Of a DNA stretch of 64,000 bases, positions 17,436-25,986 are shown piece by piece. Under the pieces are notes generated by a model, which saw only the letters and a list, made by a program, of their open reading frames with translations, ran no database searches and was not told where the DNA came from. A program made the position numbers and the translations under genes. The stretch lies in assembly GCA_902826025.1 (NCBI GenBank), contig CADEDH010000009.1, positions 22,796-86,795 on the forward strand, given 5' to 3'. How positions within the stretch are numbered: position 1 is the stretch's first letter; every line of letters begins with the position of its first letter. Source of the stretch: an uncultured Actinomycetes bacterium. GTDB taxonomy: Bacteria > Actinomycetota > Acidimicrobiia > Acidimicrobiales > SZUA-35.

Positions 17436-18286
17436 ACGACGCCGACTGGTTGGCCGCCCTCGATCACGAGCTGGCCCTGCGGGGCATGACGGGCAGCGAC
17501 CGGGCTGAGGCCGTGCTGGAGGCGGAGGCCCACCTGGCCGACAGCGAGCCGGGAGCCGTCGCCCGTGAGCTGTTCGGGCCGCCCGACCGCTACGCCGACG
17601 ATCTGGCCCAGGCCTCGGGCGCCCCGGGCCGTCGTCGCCCTCCCGACGGGACCACCGGCGCCTGGCTGCTGCAGGCCGACCGGGTGACGCGCTCCTACCG
17701 TGGACGGCCTGCCCTCTCCCCCACCTCGCTCACCGTGGCCCCGGGACAGGTGGTGGCGCTCGTGGGGCCCAACGGCGCCGGCAAGTCCACCCTGCTCCGC
17801 TTGCTGGCCGGCCTGGAGCCCCCCGACGGGGGCACGGTGAGCCGGCGGGCGGCCACCGGTTGGGTGCCCCAGAGCGGCGGGCTCGATCCCTTCCTGCGGC
17901 CCGTCGAGCACGTCGAACTGTTCGGTGTGGCCCGCGGCCTGAGCCGGGCCGACGCCCGCCGGCAAGGCGAGCGCCTGGCCCGCCACCTGGGCTGGGAGTT
18001 GACCGGCGCCCCGGTGGTCGGGCGCCTGTCGGGCGGCACGGCCCAGAAGCTGCGCATGGTGCTGGCCCTCGTCGGAACGCCCCGCCTCATCCTGGCCGAC
18101 GAGCCCTACCAGGGGCTCGACACCGACAGCACCCGCCGCTTCTGGGAGCTGCTGTGGTCGGTGTGCGAGGACGGGGCCGGTGCCGTGGTGTCGTCCCACG
18201 ACCCCGAGGTGCTGCGCCGGGCCGACACCGTGCTCGAGCTGCAACCGGCGGTGGAGCCGGCCGGCGCCCAGGGCGTCGGCCGATGA
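17432..18286 (+). CDS. ABC transporter ATP-binding protein with an N-terminal DUF1700-like helical extension
   Basis: ATG 17432 overlaps the PadR stop (ATGA). The N-terminus, MNDADWLAALDHELALRGMTGSDRAEAVLEAEAHLADS, resembles the helical domain usually encoded after PadR. The ABC part follows: Walker A GPNGAGKST, signature LSGGTAQK, Walker B LILADEP, H-loop SSHD. Confidence 0.8.
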   Translation: MNDADWLAALDHELALRGMTGSDRAEAVLEAEAHLADSEPGAVARELFGPPDRYADDLAQASGAPGRRRPPDGTTGAWLLQADRVTRSYRGRPALSPTSLTVAPGQVVALVGPNGAGKSTLLRLLAGLEPPDGGTVSRRAATGWVPQSGGLDPFLRPVEHVELFGVARGLSRADARRQGERLARHLGWELTGAPVVGRLSGGTAQKLRMVLALVGTPRLILADEPYQGLDTDSTRRFWELLWSVCEDGAGAVVSSHDPEVLRRADTVLELQPAVEPAGAQGVGR

Positions 18287-18954
18287 CGCTCGCCGCGATC
18301 CATGCCCGCCTCACCGTGCGGGGCCTCCTCCGCCGCCGCCTACCGGTGGCCGTGCTCGTGTTGCTGCCGGTGGCCCTCTACCTGGCCAGCCACGACACCG
18401 TCGGCCGCTCGGTGCGGGCGCTCGTGTTCGGAATCTCCTGGGCCGTGAGCACCGTGGCCCTGTTTTCCACGCTGGCGGCGCGGGAGCTGGAGCCGGGCCT
18501 GTGGCTGGCCGGCCACCGCCGCCGGGAGCTGACGGCGGGCCGCACCGCCGGCCTGTTGGCCCTGGCCCTCGTGCTCTCGGCCGGCTTCTGGGCCATGGTG
18601 GCGCTCGACCAGCCGGTGCGGAGCATCGGGGCGGTGGCCCTCGACTTCGCCGTCACCGCCGTAGTGGCCGTGGCCTTCGGTTCGGCGGTGGGGGCGCTGG
18701 TGAAGGCCGAGCTGGAGGGGGCGCTGGTGTTGTTCCTGTTCGCCGGGCTCCAGGCGGTGGCCAACCCGTTCGACGGCTGGACCCGGGCCCTGCCGTTCTG
18801 GTCGTCGCGGGAGCTGGGCACCTGGGCCGTCGACGGTCCGGCCCAGGGCTCGCTCGCCGGTGGCTCGCTCCACGCCGTTGCCACCGTGGTGGTGTGTCTG
18901 GCCGCCACTGTGCTCGGGACCTGGGGGCGGCGCCGGCTACCCTCCGGTCCATGA
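18283..18954 (+). CDS. Hydrophobic membrane protein, presumed permease partner of the preceding ATPase
   Basis: ATG 18283 overlaps the upstream stop (ATGA). The 223-aa product has about 6 hydrophobic segments. I recognised no family-specific motif. Confidence 0.65.
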   Translation: MTLAAIHARLTVRGLLRRRLPVAVLVLLPVALYLASHDTVGRSVRALVFGISWAVSTVALFSTLAARELEPGLWLAGHRRRELTAGRTAGLLALALVLSAGFWAMVALDQPVRSIGAVALDFAVTAVVAVAFGSAVGALVKAELEGALVLFLFAGLQAVANPFDGWTRALPFWSSRELGTWAVDGPAQGSLAGGSLHAVATVVVCLAATVLGTWGRRRLPSGP

Positions 18955-20225
18955 CGGCAGGGGCCAGCCCACGGGAGCGGCGCCGGGTGTCGGTGCGCCT
19001 CACCCGGGACGCCCAGCGCCAGGTTCGGGGCGGGCACCCGTGGGTGTTCGACGCCTCGATCACCGGCACCAGCCACGACGGCGAACCGGGCGACCTGGCC
19101 GTCCTGTTCGACGACAAGCGCCGCTTCCTGGCCATCGGGCTGTGGGACCCGTCGTCGCCCATCCGGGTCCGGGTGCTCCACCGGGGTCGGCCCCGCCCCA
19201 TCGACGACGGGTTCTGGCACGAGCAGCTCGGGGCCGCCTTCGCCCGCCGGGCGGGGCTGGCCGAGCTGGCGGCCCAGGGCACCACGACCGCCTACCGCGC
19301 CGTCCACGGCGAGAACGACGACCTGCCCGGCCTCGTGATCGACCGCTACGACCGCACCTGGGTGGTCCGTCTCGACACCGCCGCCTGGGCCCCTCACCTT
19401 CCCGCCGTGCTCGACGGGCTGCAGGCCCTGGCCGCCGATCTGCCCGGCGCCGGCGGCGGCGGGGCCCCCTGGGAGCGTGTGGTGCTGCGTTCCAGCCGCC
19501 AGGCCCGGACCGGCCTGGTGGCGATGGGCCTGGCCGACGGGGCGATGCTGGCCGGCGACCCGCCCGAGGATCTGATCGCCTTCCGGGAGAACGGCCTGGC
19601 GTTCGCCGCCGACGTGGTGCGGGGGCAGAAGACCGGACACTTCCTCGACCAACGGGACAATCGGGCCCGGGTGGGAGCGCTGGCCGGGGGGGCCCGGGTG
19701 CTCGACGTGTTCTCCTGCACCGGCGGGTTCACCGTCCACGCCGCCGCCGGCGGCGCGGCCGCCGTCCACAGTGTCGACGCCAGCCCCCACGCCGTGGCCG
19801 AGGTGGCCGCCAACCTCGATCGGAACCATGATCGGCCGGCCGTGGCCACCTGCCGGGCCACCGCCGCCGTGGGCGACGCCTTCGACATCATGGCCGGTCT
19901 GGCCGGAGAGGGCGCCCGGTACGACCTGGTGGTGGTCGACCCGCCGTCGTTCGCCTCCAAGCAGGCCGACGTGCCCCGGGCCCTCGGGGCCTACCGCCGT
20001 CTCACCACCCTGGCCCTGCCGCTGCTGGCACCGGGCGGGGTCCTGGTGCAGTCGTCGTGCTCCAGCCGGGTGCCGGCCGACGACCTGTTCGACGCCGTAC
20101 ACCAGGCGGCGGCCGGAGGCGGGCGGCCGTTGCACGAGATCGAACGGACGAGCCACGCCGACGACCACCCGGTCGGCTTCCGCCAGGGCGCCTACCTCAA
20201 GACGCTCTTCGCCCGAGTCGGCTGA
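18951..20225 (+). CDS. Class I SAM-dependent RNA methyltransferase, RlmI/YccW-like (PUA-like N-terminus)
   Basis: ATG 18951 overlaps the upstream stop (ATGA). Blocks seen are GHPWVF, AYRAVHGENDDLPGLVIDRY, QKTGHFLDQRDNR, VLDVFSCTGGF (SAM motif I) and VVVDPPSF (motif IV). Confidence 0.82.
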   Translation: MTAGASPRERRRVSVRLTRDAQRQVRGGHPWVFDASITGTSHDGEPGDLAVLFDDKRRFLAIGLWDPSSPIRVRVLHRGRPRPIDDGFWHEQLGAAFARRAGLAELAAQGTTTAYRAVHGENDDLPGLVIDRYDRTWVVRLDTAAWAPHLPAVLDGLQALAADLPGAGGGGAPWERVVLRSSRQARTGLVAMGLADGAMLAGDPPEDLIAFRENGLAFAADVVRGQKTGHFLDQRDNRARVGALAGGARVLDVFSCTGGFTVHAAAGGAAAVHSVDASPHAVAEVAANLDRNHDRPAVATCRATAAVGDAFDIMAGLAGEGARYDLVVVDPPSFASKQADVPRALGAYRRLTTLALPLLAPGGVLVQSSCSSRVPADDLFDAVHQAAAGGGRPLHEIERTSHADDHPVGFRQGAYLKTLFARVG

Positions 20226-20246
20226 GCGCCACCGGCCGGTACCCCG

Positions 20247-21260
20247 TCAGTGTTGGTGGTGGTGGCCGTCGTGGCCCGCCGCGCCCTCGGGCACCGGCCC
20301 CTGCCGCCGGGTCCGGGCCAGGCTGGCCAGGATGGCCGCCGTGAGCAGGGCGAGGATGATTCCCAGCGAGACGTAGGTGTCGAGGTGGTACCAGATCGAC
20401 AGCATCATCTTGACCCCCACGAACACGAGGATGGCCCCCAGGGCGTGGGACAGGAAGTGGAACCGCTCTTTGGCGTTGGCCAGCAGGAAGTACATGGCCC
20501 GCAGCCCGAGGATGGCGAAGGCGTTGGAGGCGAACACCAGGTAGGGCTCGTTGGAGACGGCGAGGATGGCCGGCACCGAGTCCACGGCGAAGATCACGTC
20601 GGTCAGCTCGACCACGAACAGAGCGGCCAGCAGCGGGGTGGCGGCCCGCTTGCCGCCGATGCGGGTGAAGAACTTCTGGCCGTCGAGCTCGTTCGACACC
20701 GGCATGATCCGGCCCAGCAGGCCCACGCCCCGGGTGGCCTCCACGTCGCCTTCGTCCTCCCGGTGGCGGACGATCCGCACCCCGGTGATCACGAGGAACA
20801 CGCCGAAGGCCACCAGCAGCCAGGAGAACCGGGAGATGAGGGCGCTGCCGACCCCGATGAAGATGCCCCGCAGCACCAGCGCCCCGAAGATGCCCCAGAA
20901 CAGCACCCGGTGCTGGTACTTGAGCGGTATGGCCAGCGTGGTGAACAGCATCGACCACACGAACACGTTGTCGACGCTGAGCGACTTCTCGATCAGGTAG
21001 CCGCTCAGGTACTCGCCGAACGCCCCGCTGCCGAACTGGATGGCCACGAACCCGGCGAAGGCCAAGCCACAGCTGACCCACACAACCGACTCGATCAGGG
21101 CCTCACGGGGGCTCGGCGCGTGCGCCTCCCGGTGGCGCCACAGGTCGATGGCCAGGAGGCTGAAGATGGCGATGGCCAGCACCCCCCAGTCCCAGAGGGG
21201 GACGTCGAGGTCCACGAGGTCCGACCGGGCGGATTCAGCAGCGAGAAGCACAGGCACCAT
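20247..21260 (-). CDS. TerC family integral membrane protein
   Basis: ORF of 337 aa. YLIEKSLSVDNVFVW and ELTDVIFAVDSVPAILAVS are the duplicated TerC signature. The C-terminal tail is His-rich (GHDGHHHQH). Confidence 0.9.
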   Translation of the reverse strand: MVPVLLAAESARSDLVDLDVPLWDWGVLAIAIFSLLAIDLWRHREAHAPSPREALIESVVWVSCGLAFAGFVAIQFGSGAFGEYLSGYLIEKSLSVDNVFVWSMLFTTLAIPLKYQHRVLFWGIFGALVLRGIFIGVGSALISRFSWLLVAFGVFLVITGVRIVRHREDEGDVEATRGVGLLGRIMPVSNELDGQKFFTRIGGKRAATPLLAALFVVELTDVIFAVDSVPAILAVSNEPYLVFASNAFAILGLRAMYFLLANAKERFHFLSHALGAILVFVGVKMMLSIWYHLDTYVSLGIILALLTAAILASLARTRRQGPVPEGAAGHDGHHHQH

Positions 21261-21300
21261 TCTGAGGACACTGCGACCGCGTTAGGCGCGGTTCACACTC

Positions 21301-22305
21301 TTAATTTCGGGCGGGTAATCCCAGGAACTCGAGGGCATTGGCCCCGAGCGCCCCTTCGTCGATCCCGCAACCAGCGGCGATGGCCTCCTCGACGACGGCC
21401 CGGGGCCCGGCGAACCGCTCAGGCAGGAAGGGGTGGTCGGTGCCGTAGAGCAGGTGGTCGGCGCCGAAACGCTGCACCAGCAGACCGAGGTGGGCCGGGT
21501 CGAACACCAGGCAGTCGGCCCACAGGCGGCGGACCAGCTCGTCGAGGTGCTCGACCGACGGCGCCCCTGGGGCTCGGGTGGCCATGTACCGCAGGCGGGG
21601 ATGGACCCAGGGGTAGGTGCCGCACCCATGGGAAAGGGCGACCCGCAGGCCCGGATGGCGATCGAGGACGCCGCCGAAGACCAGGGCCGAGGCGGCCAGG
21701 GCGGTATCGGTGAGCATCCCCAGGCCGAACTCGTAGGGCTGGCCCTGGCGGCGGATAGCCAGTTCCTGGTGGGCGGGATGGATGAAGACGGGGGTGGCGT
21801 CGGCCGCCGCTGCTTCCCAGAACGGATCGAGCGAGGGATGATCGAGCTCCCTCCCGTCGACCATGGCCGTGATCTCCACCCCGGCCATGCCCAGCTCGCC
21901 CCGCACCCGGGCCAGCTCGGCCAGGGCCCGGTCGGTGTCCTGCAAGGGCAACGCCCCCAACGCCAGGAACCGCCCGCCGGATTCGGCGGCGAAGGCAGCC
22001 AGGGCGTCGTTCTGGGCCGCCAGGAAGCGGGCCGCCTCGGCCGGCGGGGCCCAGTCGACCAGGGTGATCGGCACCGGAGAGATCACCTGGTGGTCGATCC
22101 TGTCGGCGTCCAGCTCGGCCAGGCGGTGGGCGAGGTCGAAACAGGCCGGGCCGACCTTGCGGAACACCACGGACCCGCACATCAGCCGGGGATCGTCGTC
22201 GACCACCAAGCTGGGCCAGCGGCCGTCGCCGGTGGTTGCGGCCAGGTCGGGCAGGCCCCGGGGGAACACGTGGGCGTGGATGTCGACGACGATGGGGTCG
22301 GTCAC
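21301..22305 (-). CDS. Amidohydrolase-2 family protein (ACMSD-like metal-dependent decarboxylase/hydrolase)
   Basis: GTG start at 22305. The VDIHAHVFP motif, FIHPAHQ and LYGTDHPF give the family's metal-ligand pattern. Confidence 0.85.
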   Translation of the reverse strand: MTDPIVVDIHAHVFPRGLPDLAATTGDGRWPSLVVDDDPRLMCGSVVFRKVGPACFDLAHRLAELDADRIDHQVISPVPITLVDWAPPAEAARFLAAQNDALAAFAAESGGRFLALGALPLQDTDRALAELARVRGELGMAGVEITAMVDGRELDHPSLDPFWEAAAADATPVFIHPAHQELAIRRQGQPYEFGLGMLTDTALAASALVFGGVLDRHPGLRVALSHGCGTYPWVHPRLRYMATRAPGAPSVEHLDELVRRLWADCLVFDPAHLGLLVQRFGADHLLYGTDHPFLPERFAGPRAVVEEAIAAGCGIDEGALGANALEFLGLPARN

Positions 22306-22312
22306 GGGGGCC

Positions 22313-23182
22313 TCAGGCGTCGTCGCCGTTGGCGGCGGCCGGCCGAGCCGGGATCTGGGGCCAGTACTTGGCCAGGGCGCCGCCGTCGATCGTCAGGTTG
22401 GACCCCGTCATCAGGGTGGAGGCGTCGGACGCCAGGAACACCACGGGCCCCACGTAATCGGATGGGGTGGGCAGCCGGGGCCACGGGTTCAGGTTCTCGA
22501 ACGCCATCGTGCCGGCTTCGGTGGCCCGGGCCACGGCGGTGCGAAAGCGATCGGCCAGCTCCGGTTCGTCGGGCATGGTGGCGGTGGGGGTGAACCCGTT
22601 GACCCGGATCCCGTGGGGGGCCAGCTCCATGGCCACCGATCGGGTGAAGTTGATCAGCCCGCTCTTGCCGGTGGAGTAGCCGACGTTGCCGGCCTGTCCC
22701 TGCCATGCGGCGGTGGACAGGATGTTGATGATCGATCCCCCGATTCCCCGTTCCACCATGGAGCGGGCCACGGCCTGGGTGACGAGGAAGGCTCCACCCA
22801 GGATGATGTCGATCTGGCGCCGGAACCGCTCCACCGGCATGTCGAGGATGCCCATCGTGTCGAACCGGACGGCGCAGTTGACCAGCACGTCGATGCGGCC
22901 CCAACGCTCCAGCACGGCGGCCACCCCGGCGGCCACCGCCTCGGCGTCGGTCACGTCGAAGGGGACGGCCAGGGCCTCTCCCCCGGCGGCTTCGATCCGG
23001 GCCACCCGGTCGGCCGCCGTGGCCTCGACCACGTCGTTGCAGGCCACCTGGGCCCCGGCGGCGGCCAGGCCCGAGGCCAGCACACCGCCGATGTTGGGGC
23101 TGGTGCCGGTGACCAGTGCCACCTTGCCGTCGAGGGCGCCGGCCAGCGCACCGGGCAGGCCCGTCACCGGGCCGGTTCCCAT
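22313..23182 (-). CDS. SDR family oxidoreductase
   Basis: This is the C-terminal 289 codons of ORF 22313..23473. VALVTGTSPNIGG and YSTGKSG (YxxxK) are present. ATG 23182 overlaps the upstream gene by 19 nt; GTG 23167, which forms a GTGA overlap, is an alternative start. Confidence 0.85.
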   Translation of the reverse strand: MGTGPVTGLPGALAGALDGKVALVTGTSPNIGGVLASGLAAAGAQVACNDVVEATAADRVARIEAAGGEALAVPFDVTDAEAVAAGVAAVLERWGRIDVLVNCAVRFDTMGILDMPVERFRRQIDIILGGAFLVTQAVARSMVERGIGGSIINILSTAAWQGQAGNVGYSTGKSGLINFTRSVAMELAPHGIRVNGFTPTATMPDEPELADRFRTAVARATEAGTMAFENLNPWPRLPTPSDYVGPVVFLASDASTLMTGSNLTIDGGALAKYWPQIPARPAAANGDDA

Positions 23183-24225
23183 TCGGCGAACACCTTGTTG
23201 GAGTTGAAGATCCACGTCTCGACGAACTCGCTCCAACTGAGGGCCGCCCCGAGCTCCCGGGCTGCCCCCAGCAGGGCGAACCAGTTGAGCACCTCCTGTT
23301 GACCGGCGTGGACCACAGCGTCGGTGGTGGTCTTGGCCCAGGTGTCGTAGTCGCCGGCCACCATGGCCTCGTACAAGGTGCGGTCGGCCGGGGTGTCGGG
23401 CCGCAGGCGCCACTGGTGGTCCACCAGGAAGGCGTGCGACCACGACGACGAGGCGATGATCGAGACCCGCCATGGGCTATCGGCCAGCACGCGAGCGGTG
23501 GCGCCGCCCAGATCCATCAGGCGCCACGGCGCCGGCGACGGCGGGTCGAGCTCCAGCGTCTCGCCGAACGGCTTCCAGCCACCCTGGGCCGCGATCACCT
23601 TCGAGCCGTAGCAGTTGATCGGCATCGGCACCATGGGCCAGGGGAAGCCGCCACGGCGGTGGTCGAGGAAGAGCACGGTGTTGAGGAAGGCGTGGGCCAA
23701 CTGCTCGTCGTGGAGGGGCCGGTAGGCGTAGGCGATGTCGAAGCCCCGGTCGAGTAGGGCGCCGGCGATGTGGCGGGCCACGTCGGGTCGGCCCTTGATC
23801 GTGACGGCGTGGTCTTCCGGCTCGTCGGCCCAGTAGCTGGGCACGGCCCGCCCGATCCGGGTGCGGTAGGGGTGGACCGTGCGGTCGGGGTAGGCCAGGA
23901 CCGAGTAGGCCGGGATCAGATCCTCGGTGAAGTTCTCGTACTGGTCGTCGCCGAAGACGATCACCACCTCGGGGTCGAAGCGCTCCAGCGCCGCCCGCAC
24001 CCGGTCGAACCCGGCGATGAGGGCGGCCCGGTGGACCGGGGCCGACGCCTTGCCTCCGTCGCTGCCCCATTCGGCCTGCTGGTCGGCCGGCCAGTTGGCC
24101 GGGTCCTTCGCCTCGGCCGGCACATCCGGGTCGGCCAGCATCCGGTGGTGGATGCCGCTCATGAACTCGTCCCGGCCGGCGAAGGGCGGGTAATGGGTCA
24201 TCCCCAGAAGCTGGATCTCGGCCAT
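23164..24225 (-). CDS. Class III extradiol ring-cleavage dioxygenase (LigB superfamily)
   Basis: ORF of 353 aa. Overall LigB-like layout with LLGMTHYPPF near the N-terminus, VVIVFGDDQYENF, HAFLNTVLFL and IASSSWSHAF. Confidence 0.75.
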   Translation of the reverse strand: MAEIQLLGMTHYPPFAGRDEFMSGIHHRMLADPDVPAEAKDPANWPADQQAEWGSDGGKASAPVHRAALIAGFDRVRAALERFDPEVVIVFGDDQYENFTEDLIPAYSVLAYPDRTVHPYRTRIGRAVPSYWADEPEDHAVTIKGRPDVARHIAGALLDRGFDIAYAYRPLHDEQLAHAFLNTVLFLDHRRGGFPWPMVPMPINCYGSKVIAAQGGWKPFGETLELDPPSPAPWRLMDLGGATARVLADSPWRVSIIASSSWSHAFLVDHQWRLRPDTPADRTLYEAMVAGDYDTWAKTTTDAVVHAGQQEVLNWFALLGAARELGAALSWSEFVETWIFNSNKVFAEWEPAR

Positions 24226-24234
24226 GGGCCAGTA

Positions 24235-25215
24235 TCAGGCGGGCGTGAGCGACAGGGCGCGGATCTCGCCGAAGTCCCGGTCGAGCTTGCGCCAGCTCTG
24301 GGCGTGATCCTCGGTGACGTAGATCTGACCGAACACCGAGCTGGCCAGCGCCACCCCGGGCAGGTCGGGATGATGGGCCTGCCAGTACATGGTGGAGTTC
24401 GGCGTGACCGGCAGCTCGGCCCGTTCCCAGGAGTCTCCGGCGTCACGCGACACCTCGATGGCGCCGGTCTGGCCCGGGATGTAGTCGCCGGCGCACACGA
24501 TCAGGGTGCCGTCGTCCCACGGCTCGCGCACGGCCCGGCAGTAGGCGTACTCCATCTTCGAGCCGGGGAAACCGGCGAACTCGTGCCAGTCCCACGTCTG
24601 GCCCTGGTCGTTGGACCGGGCGAATCCGAACGGCGAGGTGGCCAGCAACTGGGTGCCGGCCGTCGTCTGGCGGATGGCGAACCCGTGCACGTCGTCGTAG
24701 AACTCCGACTGACCGAGGGAAGGCAGTGCGGTCCACGTCTGGCCCCGGTCGTGGCTCACGTGCAGCCCGTTGACCTCGACCGAGGCCCACACCGTGTTCG
24801 CGTCGACCGGGTCGACGATCACGTTGGTGGTGCGGGGAACCCCGATCGGGCACTGCTCGGAGATGCTCGTGTCGAGCGGGTGGAATGACGCCCCGCCGTC
24901 GCTCGAGCACCACACGCCGGGGCGGGTGCCGACGTAGATCCGCTGGTCGTCGTGGGGGTCGAAGGCCAGCGACCAGATGTCGGAATCGATCGTGTTACCG
25001 ATCCGCTCCCAGGTGCCGCCGTTGTCGTCCGAGCGGATCACGCCCACCTGGTCCTGGGCGGCCAGGATCACCCCTGGGGTGTGGGGGCTCACGGCCAGCG
25101 CCCGACAGTTGCACTCGGGCTCCACGCCCCGGAAGATGTGGCGGAACTTGCCGCCCGAGTTGTAGCTCACCCACAGGCCGGCACCCACCGTGCCCACGCC
25201 GATCGTGTAGTCCAC
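24235..25215 (-). CDS. BNR/Asp-box repeat beta-propeller protein (sialidase-fold / Ycf48-like), no signal peptide
   Basis: GTG start at 25215. There are six SxDxGxTW-type Asp boxes: SDDNGGTW, SSDGGASF, SHDRGQTW, SNDQGQTW, SRDAGDSW and TEDHAQSW. Confidence 0.85.
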   Translation of the reverse strand: MDYTIGVGTVGAGLWVSYNSGGKFRHIFRGVEPECNCRALAVSPHTPGVILAAQDQVGVIRSDDNGGTWERIGNTIDSDIWSLAFDPHDDQRIYVGTRPGVWCSSDGGASFHPLDTSISEQCPIGVPRTTNVIVDPVDANTVWASVEVNGLHVSHDRGQTWTALPSLGQSEFYDDVHGFAIRQTTAGTQLLATSPFGFARSNDQGQTWDWHEFAGFPGSKMEYAYCRAVREPWDDGTLIVCAGDYIPGQTGAIEVSRDAGDSWERAELPVTPNSTMYWQAHHPDLPGVALASSVFGQIYVTEDHAQSWRKLDRDFGEIRALSLTPA

Positions 25216-25265
25216 GACGGGCCCCCTTTTCGTCCGTTCGGTCCTCCCTCTGGTCTACCACGGGC

Positions 25266-25311
25266 GTCGCAGGCCGGGCCAGGACGGGCCGGCGCCGGAG
25301 CGGCCTGCGAC
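25266..25311. promoter_or_regulatory. Perfect 11-bp inverted repeat in a divergent promoter region
   Basis: gtcgcaggccg (25266-25276) pairs with cggcctgcgac (25301-25311) across a 24-nt spacer. It lies between the BNR-operon start (25215) and the ECF sigma start (25372). Its function is unknown. Confidence 0.3.
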
Positions 25312-25371
25312 CTGGTGACCTGAGACCCTTTTCCTGCTGAGCCAAACCTCCTAGGGTGTCCGTGGCGTGCC

Positions 25372-25986
25372 GTGACCATGCCTGCGGCGCTCCGAGACAC
25401 GTTGCCGACCTCCCCGGCGCCGGGCCCGGCGGTGACCGCGGTCGGTCAGCGAGGCTGGGGCGGCGAGCGAACCGAGCAGCAAGTGACCTTTCCGGAGCCT
25501 GAATTCGAAGCGTTCTTCCACGCCCACTACGACCAGCTCGTCCGCTCGTTGACCCTGATCACGGGCGACCGGGAGGCGGCCCGGGACTGTGTGCAGGAAG
25601 CGTTCATCAAGGCCTCCACCCGCTGGCGCAAGGTGCGCCGGTACGACAACCCGGTCGGTTGGGTGCGGCGGGTGGCGATCAACCAGGGCCGTGACGCCCA
25701 CCGGTCCAGTCAGCGCCGAAAACGGCGGGAATCGCTCGACCGGCCGACGCCGGAGCACGACCACGCCCCGGGAGTGGCGGGCGAACTGCGCCTGCTCGAC
25801 CTCCTGGCCGGGCTGCCGCCGCAGCAACGCAGCGCCGCCGCGCTGTTCTACATCGACGACCTCCCGATCGCCGACATCGCCGTGGATCTCGGCATTTCGG
25901 TGGGGGCGGTCAAGTTCCATCTGAATCAGGCGCGGCGATCGCTGCGCCTGGCCATGGATGCGGAGGGGCACCACCATGGGCGTTGA
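25372..25986 (+). CDS. ECF-type RNA polymerase sigma-70 family factor
   Basis: Region 2 reads FEAFFHAHYDQLVRSLTLITGDREAARDCVQEAFIKASTRW...NPVGWVRRVAIN. Region 4 reads LAGLPPQQRSAAALFYIDDLPIADIAVDLGISVGAVKFHLNQAR. The start is GTG 25372 or ATG 25378. Confidence 0.9.
   Translation: MTMPAALRDTLPTSPAPGPAVTAVGQRGWGGERTEQQVTFPEPEFEAFFHAHYDQLVRSLTLITGDREAARDCVQEAFIKASTRWRKVRRYDNPVGWVRRVAINQGRDAHRSSQRRKRRESLDRPTPEHDHAPGVAGELRLLDLLAGLPPQQRSAAALFYIDDLPIADIAVDLGISVGAVKFHLNQARRSLRLAMDAEGHHHGR

Noticed and set aside
21261-21300. A possible yybP-ykoY (Mn2+) riboswitch upstream of the TerC gene.
   Set aside because: The upstream spacer is only 40 nt before the preceding gene's stop codon. That is too short for the ~100-nt riboswitch. 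Only a small hairpin (accgcg/cgcggt) is present.
25361-25372. The 12-mer cgtggcgtgccg, shared between 3101-3112 (the loop of the 3087-3142 hairpin) and the start region of the sigma gene.
   Set aside because: The flanking sequence shows no further similarity, so I treat it as a chance match in GC-rich DNA rather than as a member of the repeat family.
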